Source: Methylocystis sp.
Lineage (GTDB): Bacteria > Pseudomonadota > Alphaproteobacteria > Rhizobiales > Beijerinckiaceae
Direction of reading: 5' to 3'
Assembly (NCBI RefSeq): GCF_046349115.1
Contig: NZ_JAXMCX010000001.1
Location: 890,963 to 954,962 of the forward strand
Length of the DNA stretch: 64,000 nucleotides
The translations under genes and the position numbers were made by a program. Below are positions 44,644-54,616 of this stretch, piece by piece. The notes under the pieces were generated by a model. The model saw only the letters and a program-made list of their open reading frames with translations. It was not told the origin of the DNA and made no database searches. Position 1 is the stretch's first letter. The number at the start of each line of letters is the position of its first letter.

Positions 44644-45477
44644 TTAGACCGCGGACGCTTTGGTGTGAACGATCGTCCCGACATGCTCGCCGCGCAGCGC
44701 GGCGGTAAGTCGGCCCGGCACGAGACCGTTGACGACTTGCACATGTTCGAGGTGGCGAGCGGTCCGCATAACTTCGACGAGCGCCCGGTCGAATGGCAAT
44801 GGGCCTTCCTGTTGCGCGAGCTGCGCGGCGGTCGTCTCGCGGAGCAACTGCGCCTTTTCCCCGCCTGGCCCCTTGGGATCGGTCGTGTAAACGCCGTCAA
44901 CGTCCTCCACGATCGTCAGTCCGGCGGCGCCGAGCGCGTCTGCGAGCAGAAACGCGCCGGTATCAGCCTTGTGAGGCGGAATTCGCGAGGTCGGAAATTC
45001 ATGGTGGTGATAGGGAGGAAAAGCGCTGCCCACGACCGCTCGGGCGGCGGACAGGTGGATGGCGAGCCGACTTGCGATGGTCGGGTGCTCGATATAGGAG
45101 ACCCCCTCCGGCGCAAGCAACGACGCGAGTATGTGGCCGTTCTGGCCGGCCTCGTTGGCGGCGAGGGGGGCGAGCGACCCGACCGGCAGGCCGAGGTCGA
45201 GTCCAACGCTGTAGAGATGGCGCGCCCGCACGCCGGCGCCGGTGAGAATGAGCAGACGGTGCTCGGGCAGCAGCTTTCTGATCTCCTCCACGATCGGGAG
45301 GATCGCGTCTCGGCCGCGATCCATGATGGATCGGCCGCCGATCTTCACGACTTGCAACCACGGGAGGAGCCGGATCGGACGTCCGCCGGCGACCGGGCGT
45401 GTGAGCTCATTATCGAGGAGCGTCTGGCGCGCGAGCGGGGAAGCCACGTGCTTGATGCTATCGTCTGTATGGGTCAT
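44644..45477 (-). CDS. mosA: Molybdenum storage protein (MoSto) alpha subunit
   Basis: '[13 protein letters not shown]', '[14 protein letters not shown]' and '[11 protein letters not shown]...[16 protein letters not shown]' match the Azotobacter MosA sequence as I recall it; start trimmed to the ATG at 45477. Confidence 0.93.
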   Translation of the reverse strand: MTHTDDSIKHVASPLARQTLLDNELTRPVAGGRPIRLLPWLQVVKIGGRSIMDRGRDAILPIVEEIRKLLPEHRLLILTGAGVRARHLYSVGLDLGLPVGSLAPLAANEAGQNGHILASLLAPEGVSYIEHPTIASRLAIHLSAARAVVGSAFPPYHHHEFPTSRIPPHKADTGAFLLADALGAAGLTIVEDVDGVYTTDPKGPGGEKAQLLRETTAAQLAQQEGPLPFDRALVEVMRTARHLEHVQVVNGLVPGRLTAALRGEHVGTIVHTKASAV

Positions 45478-45488
45478 GGCGGAAACTC

Positions 45489-46301
45489 TTAGCGGGCTGT
45501 GATGATGGTGCCGACATGCTCCCCGCCGAGGGCGCGGGTCAGATTGCCGGGGATGAGGCCATTCACGATCTGCACCTGCGGGATATGGCGCGCAGCCTTC
45601 AGCAGATCGAGCACGGGGAATTCGATGATCGAGTCGTGCAGTCCCTGCGCCTTCATTTCGTCGACCGAAATTTTCGGGATGAATTTCGCGTTCTTGGACG
45701 TCTTCGGATTGGCGGTATAGAGCCCGTTCTCGTCCTTCACGAAAACCATCGCCTTGCAGCCGAACTGCTCTGCGATAAGGAAGCACCCCGCGTCCGTGCG
45801 GTAGGGCGGGATGACGCCATCGGGCGCGAGGCGCGTCCAGAGGCCGTAAGGCGGCATGCCGCTGAAAACCACGGCGTTCACCTCGGCGAGGTAGAGCGGC
45901 ACGGCCGAGAGCCCGGCGCTGGCGACGACGGAGATGCCATATTTCGCGAGGAGCTGACCGATCATCGCGGCGTTCTGATCGGCGACTGAGGCGCCGAGTT
46001 GCGTGAGCACGCCCGCGGGCAGATTAAGTCCCGCCGCGATCGAGTAGAGATGCCGGGCTCTTGTGCCGGCGCCGGCGCCGATAAGCATCTGGTGCGACTT
46101 GCGAACGGCGACAATCTCCTCCACCAGCGGGTAAAGCGCCGCGCGGCCGCGGTCGATGACGCTTTGTCCCCCGATCTTGATGACCGTCGCGTCCGGGAGA
46201 ATGCGATAGTCCGCCGCCGCCTCCGCCGCCGCCAAAAGCTGCGGGTCGCTGAGCGACCGCTGCATCAGGAGCGCCTCGAGTTCTGTCGTCGTATTGGCCA
46301 T
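45489..46301 (-). CDS. mosB: Molybdenum storage protein (MoSto) beta subunit
   Basis: '[22 protein letters not shown]', '[19 protein letters not shown]' and '[13 protein letters not shown]' match Azotobacter MosB as I recall it; paired with mosA. Confidence 0.93.
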   Translation of the reverse strand: MANTTTELEALLMQRSLSDPQLLAAAEAAADYRILPDATVIKIGGQSVIDRGRAALYPLVEEIVAVRKSHQMLIGAGAGTRARHLYSIAAGLNLPAGVLTQLGASVADQNAAMIGQLLAKYGISVVASAGLSAVPLYLAEVNAVVFSGMPPYGLWTRLAPDGVIPPYRTDAGCFLIAEQFGCKAMVFVKDENGLYTANPKTSKNAKFIPKISVDEMKAQGLHDSIIEFPVLDLLKAARHIPQVQIVNGLIPGNLTRALGGEHVGTIITAR

Positions 46302-46495
46302 CGAGATGCCTTTCGTCGCTTCTGAGTTTGTCTTTCGAGTGACTGGGCGCAGCTTACGTAACCGCCCGACAAGAATAGCGAGCAGCGCGCTAACTCAACT
46401 TAGTCTTGGCAGAGCCATAGCGCTCGCTCGCCGGGAAAACCAGTCCGACGAACCGCGGTCGATCCTGGCGCCGATGGCATCGGATTTGCCGTTAC

Positions 46496-46571
46496 TGGTG
46501 CCGGTTGCAGGATTCGAACCCGCGACCTACTGATTACAAATCAGTTGCTCTACCAGCTGAGCTAAACCGGC
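46496..46571 (-). tRNA. tRNA-Thr(TGT), 76 nt
   Basis: Cloverleaf on the minus strand: anticodon loop TTTGTAA, GGTTCGAATCC, 3' CCA. Confidence 0.97.
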
Positions 46572-46649
46572 CCTGGCGTCGATCAGCGCGTCGCGCGACT
46601 ACTCTATGCGTCCAAGCCAGCAGAGAGGTCAATCCCGCGCCGGGCGCGT

Positions 46650-47462
46650 TCATCCGAGCCGTGTCGTCACGACGCTCAAGGCGGAGGCGCAGGCGTTCGA
46701 TACGTTGAGGCTCTTGATCGGACCCGGCAGATCGAGCCGCGCGACGGCGTCGCAACGCTCGCGGGTGAGACGCCGCAGTCCCTTGCCCTCGGCGCCGAGC
46801 GCCAACACAAGCGGTCTCGACAGCGCGACGGTCGACAGCGATTCGGCGCCTTCCGAATCGAGTCCGATGCGGGCGTAGCCGCGCTCGGCGAATTCGTCGA
46901 GCGCGCGGGCGAGATTGACCACCGCGACGATCGTCACGAATTCCAAGGCGCCCGACGCCGCCTTGGCCAGCGCGCCGGAAAATTCCGGACTGTGACGCTC
47001 GGTGACGATCACCGCGTCGACATTGAAGGCGCAGGCGGTGCGCAGAATCGCGCCGACATTGTGCGGATCGGTGATCTGATCGAGCGCCAGCACGATTCCG
47101 CTGTTGCTGACGATGTCGGATATATCCGCTTCCGGCAACGGCCGCGCTTCGAGCATCAGGCCTTGATGCACCGCCTCGGCGCCGAGTCGGCGCTCGAGAT
47201 CGCGCGCGTCGACGAGGCGCGGTTCGAGCCCCGCCGCATGGGCGAGATCCTTGATGCGCGGCAGCGCCGTCTCAGTCGCGTAAAGCGTCAGCAGTTTGCG
47301 CCGGCGCGCATTCAGCGCGGCGCGCACCGGATGCGCGCCGTAAAGCGCGACGACGTCAGGCAAGGCCGGGCGGAACGGACCGCGCGCGTCCGACGGCGGG
47401 GCAGGGGCGTGGCGGCGCTTCTCGGGCGCGCCGCGGTCCTTGGGCGGCGGCCGGCGCGTCAT
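46650..47462 (-). CDS. rlmB: 23S rRNA (guanosine-2'-O)-methyltransferase, TrmH/SPOUT family
   Basis: 'LYGAHPV', 'HQGL', '[15 protein letters not shown]', 'LGAEGKGLR' and 'SLNVS'. Confidence 0.9.
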   Translation of the reverse strand: MTRRPPPKDRGAPEKRRHAPAPPSDARGPFRPALPDVVALYGAHPVRAALNARRRKLLTLYATETALPRIKDLAHAAGLEPRLVDARDLERRLGAEAVHQGLMLEARPLPEADISDIVSNSGIVLALDQITDPHNVGAILRTACAFNVDAVIVTERHSPEFSGALAKAASGALEFVTIVAVVNLARALDEFAERGYARIGLDSEGAESLSTVALSRPLVLALGAEGKGLRRLTRERCDAVARLDLPGPIKSLNVSNACASALSVVTTRLG

Positions 47463-48325
47463 CGCAGCATGGCGGTCTTGACCCACCACGCCGGATGCTG
47501 GTCGCGAATGACGCGGGCCGCGCGCACGGCGTCTCGCCGCGTCGCGAACAGCGCGAAACATGTCGCGCCGGAGCCCGACATGCGCGCCAGCCGGCAGCCG
47601 CGCGCCGCGCGCAGAATCGCGAGCGCGCCGACGATTACCGGCGCCTGCAGGCAGGCGGCGTCTTCGAGATCGTTGCGGCATTTTGCCAGCGCGGCGAGAA
47701 GCTGCGCTGCGTTGGGCTGGGCCGCGATCTCAATATGCGCGCCGTCGCCGCGCGACGCGCCCGGCTGCAGTCCGAGCGCGGCGAAGACCGGCGCCGTCGC
47801 GACCGGAACGCCGGGATTGATCAGCACCGCCGGCAGCGACGGAAGATTGAGCGGCGCGCCGAGACTTTCGCCGGCGCCGCGCATCATCCGCGCCCGGGGC
47901 TCAAGGCAGACCGGCACGTCCGAGCCGACAGCGCGCGCCGCCTCGCGAAGGCGCGGGTCGTCGAGCGCAAGATCATTCGCTCTGGCCAGAAGGCGCAGCG
48001 CGGCGGCGGCGTCCGAGGAGCCGCCGCCAATGCCGGCCGCCACGGGCAGGCGTTTCTCGAGGCGAAATCGCCCCAGCCGCAGCCCCTTTACGTCTTCGGC
48101 GAGGCGGCGGCTGGCGCGCAGCACGAGATTGTCGTCGCCGGCGCCGGCGGCGGAAGAGGTCGGTCCCGAAATATCCAGCGACAGCGGTTCGCCGGGCGTA
48201 AGGGACAGCGTGTCGCCCGCGCCGGAAAAGGCGACGAGGCTTTCGAGGTCGTGATAGCCGTCCGGCCGGCGGCCGCGCACATGAAGCGTGAGATTGATTT
48301 TCGCGGGGGCGCGCGTCGTCAGCAT
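47459..48325 (-). CDS. ispE: 4-diphosphocytidyl-2-C-methyl-D-erythritol kinase
   Basis: '[11 protein letters not shown]', 'DGYHDLES', '[16 protein letters not shown]', 'GSDVPVC' and 'MSGSGAT'. Confidence 0.97.
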   Translation of the reverse strand: MLTTRAPAKINLTLHVRGRRPDGYHDLESLVAFSGAGDTLSLTPGEPLSLDISGPTSSAAGAGDDNLVLRASRRLAEDVKGLRLGRFRLEKRLPVAAGIGGGSSDAAAALRLLARANDLALDDPRLREAARAVGSDVPVCLEPRARMMRGAGESLGAPLNLPSLPAVLINPGVPVATAPVFAALGLQPGASRGDGAHIEIAAQPNAAQLLAALAKCRNDLEDAACLQAPVIVGALAILRAARGCRLARMSGSGATCFALFATRRDAVRAARVIRDQHPAWWVKTAMLR

Positions 48326-48371
48326 CGAACCCCGGCCTCCGCATATGGGGAAATTGCGGAGCCTCTCAAAT

Positions 48372-48446
48372 TGGAGCGGGCGAAGGGATTCGAACCCTCG
48401 ACCCCAACCTTGGCAAGGTTGTGCTCTACCCCTGAGCTACACCCGC
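48372..48446 (-). tRNA. tRNA-Gly(GCC), 75 nt
   Basis: Cloverleaf: anticodon loop CTTGCCAA region, GGTTCGAATCC, 3' CCA. Confidence 0.97.
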
Positions 48447-48491
48447 ATCCGTCGCGCCGGCAAAGCCTGTCGCCGAACCGTCGCGGGCGTC

Positions 48492-48520
48492 GTTATGCCG
48501 GAAACGAATTTGCTTTGCAA
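48492..48520 (-). promoter_or_regulatory. Putative sigma70 promoter of tRNA-Gly (possibly reading into ispE-rlmB)
   Basis: TTGCAA-N17-CATAAC on the minus strand. Confidence 0.45.
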
Positions 48521-48565
48521 CTGGCGCGAAGCGCCTGAACCCAGGGTGCGCGCTCGCGACGGCAG

Positions 48566-49225
48566 CTATTTGCATTCCTGCACGGCGCGGGCCAGCGCTT
48601 CCGACAATCCCTTGAGCGAATAGCTGTCGGTGGTGCTTGTGCCTTTCGACGAAGAGGCCTTCACGATGAGCTTGGAGCCGCCGCGCAGTGCGCCGACGAA
48701 TTCCTGCTCCCGCGTCTGATCCTTCACCCAGGCGTTGGTTCCCTTGGTGATCAGCTCATAACCGTCGCCGTCAATGTCGGCGACCGCGGCTGAACCGTCC
48801 TTCGTCGGATAGCCCAGATTGATCGCCACTTCATTGTGGATTTTTTCCGCCGGCCGCGTCGAGATGAAGATGTAGGCTGCGGAGTCCTTGAGCTTCGTCT
48901 TCGGCGCGCGCTCTTTGGGCTGTCCAAGCGCGTAGCAGGTGCGGTTGCGTCCGCTCTGCGCGACGTAGGCCCCCCATTCCCCGAAGCTGCCGAGCTGCTC
49001 CGGTTTTTCCGACCCTTTGTCGAATGAGGTCTTTTCGGCCTTTTCGCTTTTCGCCTCGGTCTTCGCCGGCTTGCGCTTCGCGACGGCCTTTGCGCCGGCG
49101 TCTTCAGCCGGCGCTTCTTCTCCCGGCTTGGGCTTCGCTTCCGCCGCATTGAAGGCGAAGGCCGCGGCCAGCGCGGTCGCGGCGAGAATGACGAAAAATC
49201 TGGAGCGCGGATATTTTCTATGCAT
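48566..49225 (-). CDS. Invasion-associated locus B (IalB) family protein
   Basis: Signal peptide; 'FGEWGAY', 'TCYA', 'TKGTNAW' and 'TDSYSLKGL..AL......C'. Confidence 0.85.
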   Translation of the reverse strand: MHRKYPRSRFFVILAATALAAAFAFNAAEAKPKPGEEAPAEDAGAKAVAKRKPAKTEAKSEKAEKTSFDKGSEKPEQLGSFGEWGAYVAQSGRNRTCYALGQPKERAPKTKLKDSAAYIFISTRPAEKIHNEVAINLGYPTKDGSAAVADIDGDGYELITKGTNAWVKDQTREQEFVGALRGGSKLIVKASSSKGTSTTDSYSLKGLSEALARAVQECK

Positions 49226-49302
49226 AGGCCGAGAGACTAGCGGCGGCGGCAGGCGCGAACAAGAGCTTCAGCGCCATTGTAGACGCTTCTCCCGCGTCGA
49301 GC

Positions 49303-50073
49303 CTAGTCTGCTTTCCGCGCCGCCATCAGATAATTGACATCCGTGTCGTGGCTCTTGCGCCAGCGTCTGGTCAGCGGCTGGAAGGTCATCCCGGCCCGGT
49401 CGATTTCCCGCATGCCGCCCTGGCGCAGCCAGGACGAAAGCTCGTCCGGACGGATGAATTTATTATGATTATGCGTGCCTTTTGGAACCCAGCCAATCAC
49501 ATATTCGGCGGCGACGATGGCCAGCAGATAGCTCTTCATCGTCCGGTCGATCGTCGCTAAAAAGAGGAGGCCGCCGGGTTTCAACAACCGCCCGAGCATG
49601 GCGACGAATTCCCGCGGCCCTTCGACATGTTCGATGACTTCGAGCGCCGCCACCGCGTCGAACTGCTCGCCGGCTTCGGCAAGGTCTTCGGCGGTGATGT
49701 TGCGGTAGTCGATGTCCAGTCCGGATTTTTCTGCATGTCGCTTGGCGATGGCGATGTTGTTGGGCGCCGGATCGACGCCCGTAACCTGCGCGCCGAGCTC
49801 CGCCAGAGATTCGCTCAATATGCCGCCGCCACAGCCGATGTCGGCGATGCGCACGCCAGCGAGCGGCAGGTCTCCCGGCTCATTGAGCGCGCCTGAATCA
49901 TGACGGATGAAGCGGCGCACGTGGTCGCGGATATAAGCGACGCGCAGGGGATTGATCTCGTGCAGAATCCCCATTTTGCCGCTTCTGTCCCACCAGAGCT
50001 CGGCCAGTCGGTTGAAGCGCGCGACGTCTTCGGGATCGACGCTGGCGGAGTGGGGAGCAGACCGTTCGGGCAA
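49303..50073 (-). CDS. ubiG: Ubiquinone biosynthesis O-methyltransferase
   Basis: 'SVDPEDVARF...WWD', 'LHEINPLR', 'DIGCGGGILSE', 'LEVIEHV' and 'GTHNHNKFIRP'; probable TTG start. Confidence 0.95.
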   Translation of the reverse strand: MPERSAPHSASVDPEDVARFNRLAELWWDRSGKMGILHEINPLRVAYIRDHVRRFIRHDSGALNEPGDLPLAGVRIADIGCGGGILSESLAELGAQVTGVDPAPNNIAIAKRHAEKSGLDIDYRNITAEDLAEAGEQFDAVAALEVIEHVEGPREFVAMLGRLLKPGGLLFLATIDRTMKSYLLAIVAAEYVIGWVPKGTHNHNKFIRPDELSSWLRQGGMREIDRAGMTFQPLTRRWRKSHDTDVNYLMAARKAD

Positions 50074-50219
50074 AAGGAAGCCTCGTGAAGATGCGGAGAA
50101 ATTAGGTAATTGCGCCGGCCTCGTCCTTCGCGGCGCCGCCGTTGACAGGCCTGCCGGCGCGGACACATATAGCGCCGCTTCCCGCGGGACGCGAGAGTTC
50201 CGCTTAATTCCCGGTCTGC

Positions 50220-51452
50220 ATGTCACGCCTGGTCATGAAATTCGGCGGCACGTCGGTCGCCACTGTCGAACGCATCCACAATGTCGCGCGCCACGTCAAA
50301 CGCGAGGTCGACGCCGGGCATCAGGTGGCGGTCGTCGTTTCGGCGATGGCCGGCAAGACCAATGAACTCGTCGCCTGGTGCAAGGAGGCGGCGCCGCTGT
50401 GCGACCAGCGCGAATATGACGCCGTCGTCGCCTCGGGAGAACAGGTGACGGCCGGGCTTCTGGCAATGGCCTTGCAGCAGGCGGGCATGCCGGCGCGCTC
50501 CTGGCTCGGCTGGCAGGCGCCGATCTACACGAACGATACGCATGGCGCGGCCCGCATCGAGTCGATTGACGGTTCGGGCATTGTCGAAGGTTTCGACCGC
50601 GGCGAAGTCGCCGTCGTCGCCGGCTTTCAGGGCGTGCATCGCGACAGCGGGCGGATCACGACGCTCGGGCGCGGCGGCTCGGATACCAGCGCGGTCGCGC
50701 TCGCCGCGGCGATCAGAGCCAATCGCTGCGACATCTATACGGATGTCGACGGCGTCTACACCACCGATCCCCGCGTCGTGCCGAGGGCGCGCCGCATGGA
50801 CAAGGTCGCCTTTGAAGAAATGCTGGAGATGGCGTCGCTCGGCGCGAAGGTTCTGCAGGTGCGCTCGGTCGAAGTCGCCATGGTGCATGGCGTGCCGACC
50901 TATGTGCGGTCATCCTTCGATGATCCGGAGAATCCGGGACAGGGCACGCTGATCTGCAACGAGGAGGACATTGTGGAAGCCCAGGTCGTCACAGGCATCG
51001 CCTTCTCGCGCGACGAGGCGCAGATCACGCTTCGCCGCGTCGCCGACAAGCCGGGCGTCGCCGCCGCGGTGTTCATGCCGCTGGCCGAGGCCGGGATCAA
51101 TGTCGACATGATCGTCCAGGTCGTCTCCGAAGAGGGCATGACCGACATGACCTTCACCGTCGGCACGGCCGACTATGAGCGCGCCTTCGCCATCATCGAA
51201 AAGGTCAAGGACCAGGTCGGCTTCGCGCATATTACCGGCGAGAAGGACGTCGCCAAGATTTCGGCGATTGGCATCGGCATGCGCAGCCATGCCGGCGTCG
51301 CCGCTGAGGCGTTCCGCGCCCTTTCCGAAAAGGGCGTCAATATTCGCGCGATTACCACATCGGAGATTAAGTTTTCGGTGCTGATCGACGAGGCCTACAC
51401 CGAACTCGCTGTTCGTACGCTGCATTCGCTTTACGGGCTCGACGCCGCATAG
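50220..51452 (+). CDS. lysC: Aspartate kinase
   Basis: 'VMKFGGTSV', 'TTLGRGGSDTSA', 'YTDVDGVYT' and two ACT domains. Confidence 0.97.
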   Translation: MSRLVMKFGGTSVATVERIHNVARHVKREVDAGHQVAVVVSAMAGKTNELVAWCKEAAPLCDQREYDAVVASGEQVTAGLLAMALQQAGMPARSWLGWQAPIYTNDTHGAARIESIDGSGIVEGFDRGEVAVVAGFQGVHRDSGRITTLGRGGSDTSAVALAAAIRANRCDIYTDVDGVYTTDPRVVPRARRMDKVAFEEMLEMASLGAKVLQVRSVEVAMVHGVPTYVRSSFDDPENPGQGTLICNEEDIVEAQVVTGIAFSRDEAQITLRRVADKPGVAAAVFMPLAEAGINVDMIVQVVSEEGMTDMTFTVGTADYERAFAIIEKVKDQVGFAHITGEKDVAKISAIGIGMRSHAGVAAEAFRALSEKGVNIRAITTSEIKFSVLIDEAYTELAVRTLHSLYGLDAA

Positions 51453-51535
51453 CTTGCAAATATAGCCACGCTTGAAGCCGAGCCTCGCCGCGACATCTTT
51501 CCCTGCAAACGCAATGCTTGCGCGGAGGATGTCCA

Positions 51536-51967
51536 ATGGAAGAACTTGCCTCAAACGTCGTCGCCGATACGAAGCTCGATCCTGCGATCGCCAAGGCCGC
51601 GCTCGGCCTCGTGCTTGGTTTCCTGCGGGACAAGGACAAGACCGGCAATATGGAGGTCATGATCGCCAAGATGCCGCGCGCCCTGGAGGTCATCGAGGCG
51701 TCGCAGTTTGTCGGCGACGGCGGCGTCACCCAGGTCATCGAAGGCATGTCAAGCTTCATCGGCCACGGCCGCGCTGACCTGAACATTCTAGCTGGACAGC
51801 TCGAAAAGCTGGGAATCAGCGAAGAGCAAACCGACGCTCTGGTGCGCCAGGTTCTGAAGCGCGCCGAGAATATCCTTGGCGCCGAAGGCGCCGAGAAGAT
51901 CCGCAACATGCTGCCCGCCCTGCGCGAGCGCACCGATTCGCCGACGGATTTGCGTCGATCGGCGTAA
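51536..51967 (+). CDS. Small helical hypothetical protein (paralog of the next gene)
   Basis: 'MEEL...AKAALGLVLGFL' N-terminus shared with 52111..52491. Confidence 0.75.
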   Translation: MEELASNVVADTKLDPAIAKAALGLVLGFLRDKDKTGNMEVMIAKMPRALEVIEASQFVGDGGVTQVIEGMSSFIGHGRADLNILAGQLEKLGISEEQTDALVRQVLKRAENILGAEGAEKIRNMLPALRERTDSPTDLRRSA

Positions 51968-52110
51968 TTGTCGAGCTGGCGCGCGAGCCGCGCGCCAGCC
52001 TTTCCCCGGTCTCGTAGGCGCCCCAAACGTGAGCGCGGCGGCGCTTGATTTTCCTCTCCGTCGCGGCGACAGTCCTCGCGTTTTCGGACTGCGAAATGGG
52101 AGCCCGGGCT

Positions 52111-52491
52111 ATGGATGAACTGGCAGCGCGCGTTTCCGCTGCGCTTGGCGTTGACGCGGAAGTTGCGCGGACCGCGATCGGGCTTGTGCTGGGCTTCCTG
52201 CAAAAGGAGTCGCCCAACGGCGCGGTCGCCCAATTGCTCGACAAGCTTCCTGGCGCGCGCGAGGCGATTGAGTCAGCCGAAGCCGCAGGCAATGGGGGCG
52301 GTCTTGGCGGATTGATGGGCGGCATGGGCGGGCTGATGGGGCTCGGCGTCAAGCTCAATGGCGCCGGCATCGCCATGAACCAGATCCCGGCGCTCGGTCA
52401 CGAGATTTTCGCTTATGCCGAAGCCGAACTCGGCCCGGAAAAGCTTCGGGAAATTGTCGATTCAATCCCCGGTCTCGCGCAATTCGTTTAA
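52111..52491 (+). CDS. Small helical hypothetical protein (DUF2780/DUF2267-like)
   Basis: 'MDEL...ARTAIGLVLGFL', a Gly-rich linker and 'IPGLAQFV'; family label recalled, not searched. Confidence 0.75.
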   Translation: MDELAARVSAALGVDAEVARTAIGLVLGFLQKESPNGAVAQLLDKLPGAREAIESAEAAGNGGGLGGLMGGMGGLMGLGVKLNGAGIAMNQIPALGHEIFAYAEAELGPEKLREIVDSIPGLAQFV

Positions 52492-54017
52492 CGCCTGAGG
52501 CTTCGAATCGTCACGCCGCCGGCGCGCAGCGCGCCGATGAGCGCGCCGGCGTAGACGAGCGCGCCGGCGAAGCCGAGCGCCGCAAGCGCGACGAGATTGG
52601 CGAGAACGCCAAAATGCGCGCCGAGCGCCAGCGCCGAGGAACGACCGAAAATCGCGACGCCGGTCAGAAAGGCGCAGGCGACGAATGTCGCGCCGAGCGT
52701 TTTGACGAAGACGGCGTCGAACCGCATCCAGTGCTGGCCGAGCGCGACGCCGACCAGCGCGGCGAGGTTGATCCACAGTCCGACGGATGTCGCCGTCGCC
52801 AGTCCGACGGCGCCGAGCGGGCGAAACAGCGCGACTTTCAACGCGACATTGGCGGCGAGCGCCGCGAGCGCGATGAGCATCGGCGTTCTCGTGTCGCCGC
52901 GCGCCTGGAAACTCGCGCGCGCCGAGGCGATCAGCACCAGCGCCATCAGGCCGGCGCCATAGGCGGCGAGCACATCGCCGGCGGCATAGGCGTCGGCCGC
53001 CGAGAATTTTCCACGCTGGAAAAGCCCCGCGACGATCAGTTCCGGAATCGTGTCGAAGGCGATGAAGAACGGCGCCGCCAGCGCGACGGTGAGCGCCATG
53101 GTTCGACTTTGCGCGTGATGGGCGCCGTCTTCGTCGCCCGCGGCGAGACGCCGGCTCATTTCCGGCAGGAGCACGGTGCCGGCGGCGATGCCGATCACGC
53201 CGACCGGAAGCTGATAAAGCCGCTCCGCATAGGAGATCGACGAAACCCCGCCGTCCGGCAGCATCGATGAAAGAATCGTATCGGCAAGCACGGCGATCTG
53301 CGGACTAGCCGAGCCGATGATCGCCGGTCCGAGGCGGATGAAGAAATCGCGCACGCGCGGCCAATGCGGCGCGCGCAAGCGCTTCAGAACGCCGATGCGT
53401 CGCGCCTGCCACATCAACAGTCCGAGCTCCAGAACGCCGGAGACCGTAATCCCCCAACTCGCCGCATAGCCGGCGTTGGGAAAGAGAAAGGCGACGGCGA
53501 GCGCCGCCATCACCGAAAGATTCATCAAATTGGGCGCGAAGGCCGGAAGCGCGAAACGACCGCGCGCGTTCAACGCGCCCTGATGCAGAACGAAGAGCGT
53601 GATGAGGAGCAAGTAAGGAAAGGTGATGCGGGTCAGATTGACGGCCAGCGCGAATTTTTCGGGACGGTCGTCGAGGCCCGGCGCCAGCAGCGAGACGAAT
53701 TGCGGCGCAAACATCCAGACGATCGCGAGCAGGATGATCTGCGAGGCGAGAAGCAGCGTATAGACTTCGCCGGCGAACTCCTCCGCCGCCGCATCGCCTT
53801 CCTGCTCGATCGCCATGGAATAGGAGGGAACGAAGGCCGCATTGAAGGCGCCTTCGCCAAAAATCGCTCGAAAGCTGTTGGGCAATCGCTGGGCGATAAA
53901 AAACGCGTCGGATATCGCGCCGGCGCCCATGATCGCCGACTGCATGGCGAGCGACAGAAAGCCTGTCACGCGCGAGAGCAGGGTGAAGCCGCCGACCGAG
54001 AGCAGATTGCGAATCAT
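52488..54017 (-). CDS. murJ: Lipid II flippase MurJ
   Basis: 'TLLSRVTGF', 'DAFFIAQRLPNSFRAIFGEGAF', 'YAERLYQLP' and many TM helices. Confidence 0.95.
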   Translation of the reverse strand: MIRNLLSVGGFTLLSRVTGFLSLAMQSAIMGAGAISDAFFIAQRLPNSFRAIFGEGAFNAAFVPSYSMAIEQEGDAAAEEFAGEVYTLLLASQIILLAIVWMFAPQFVSLLAPGLDDRPEKFALAVNLTRITFPYLLLITLFVLHQGALNARGRFALPAFAPNLMNLSVMAALAVAFLFPNAGYAASWGITVSGVLELGLLMWQARRIGVLKRLRAPHWPRVRDFFIRLGPAIIGSASPQIAVLADTILSSMLPDGGVSSISYAERLYQLPVGVIGIAAGTVLLPEMSRRLAAGDEDGAHHAQSRTMALTVALAAPFFIAFDTIPELIVAGLFQRGKFSAADAYAAGDVLAAYGAGLMALVLIASARASFQARGDTRTPMLIALAALAANVALKVALFRPLGAVGLATATSVGLWINLAALVGVALGQHWMRFDAVFVKTLGATFVACAFLTGVAIFGRSSALALGAHFGVLANLVALAALGFAGALVYAGALIGALRAGGVTIRSLRR

Positions 54018-54058
54018 CGCAATCGTCCTAGCAGGATTCCGTTAAGCCCGCGCTCTCC

Positions 54059-54475
54059 TCAATGCTCGGGACAATGCAGGGAATAGCCGCCGGTGATCGT
54101 CGCGAGTTCGTCGCCTTCGCCGCGCGACCAGCGAATATTGGCGCTGCGGCGGCATTTGTCGGAAATGCCCGCGCCGCGCTCATAGGTGGCGATGTCCTTA
54201 TCGGCGTCGACCGTAAATCCGTCCGCGCGCAATTCGTCGATGAGATCGTCGACCTCGGTCGATCCGACGTGAAAGCGCTCGGCGAGCCGCGACTGGAAGA
54301 TTTGCTGGTCAGCCTCGGTCTTCGACTGGGGCAGGCCCTCGAGCAGGCTCGGGACTTCTCCGCTCAGCGCGAAACGCAACATGCGCACGCCGAAGGCGGC
54401 GAACAGGGCGATCAGCGCCGCCGCGATGATGAGGTTCTTTCCCGGCAAGGACGAACGGCTGGCGTTGGAACTCAT
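54059..54475 (-). CDS. Hypothetical membrane-anchored protein
   Basis: N-terminal TM; C-terminal pair of Cys; codon style like the flanking core genes. Confidence 0.7.
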   Translation of the reverse strand: MSSNASRSSLPGKNLIIAAALIALFAAFGVRMLRFALSGEVPSLLEGLPQSKTEADQQIFQSRLAERFHVGSTEVDDLIDELRADGFTVDADKDIATYERGAGISDKCRRSANIRWSRGEGDELATITGGYSLHCPEH

Positions 54476-54616
54476 GAATGTGCGCCTCGTCTATAATTTG
54501 CGGCGGCGCGTTGCGGCGATACGAGCCTGAAGGCTCGCGGTCCCAGGATGCGCCACCTTGAAACGCGAGTCTCCAGACTCGCCCAAGCTTCCACGACCGA
54601 AATCCGGCCCCTGCGC

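Noticed and set aside
46466-46491. Degenerate copy of the tRNA-Thr 3' end (att relic) and an overlapping sigma54-like CGGCA-N6-ATGC toward mosB
   Set aside because: The repeat needs a 2-nt gap and several mismatches; the sigma54 match is non-consensus and has no visible NifA upstream site.
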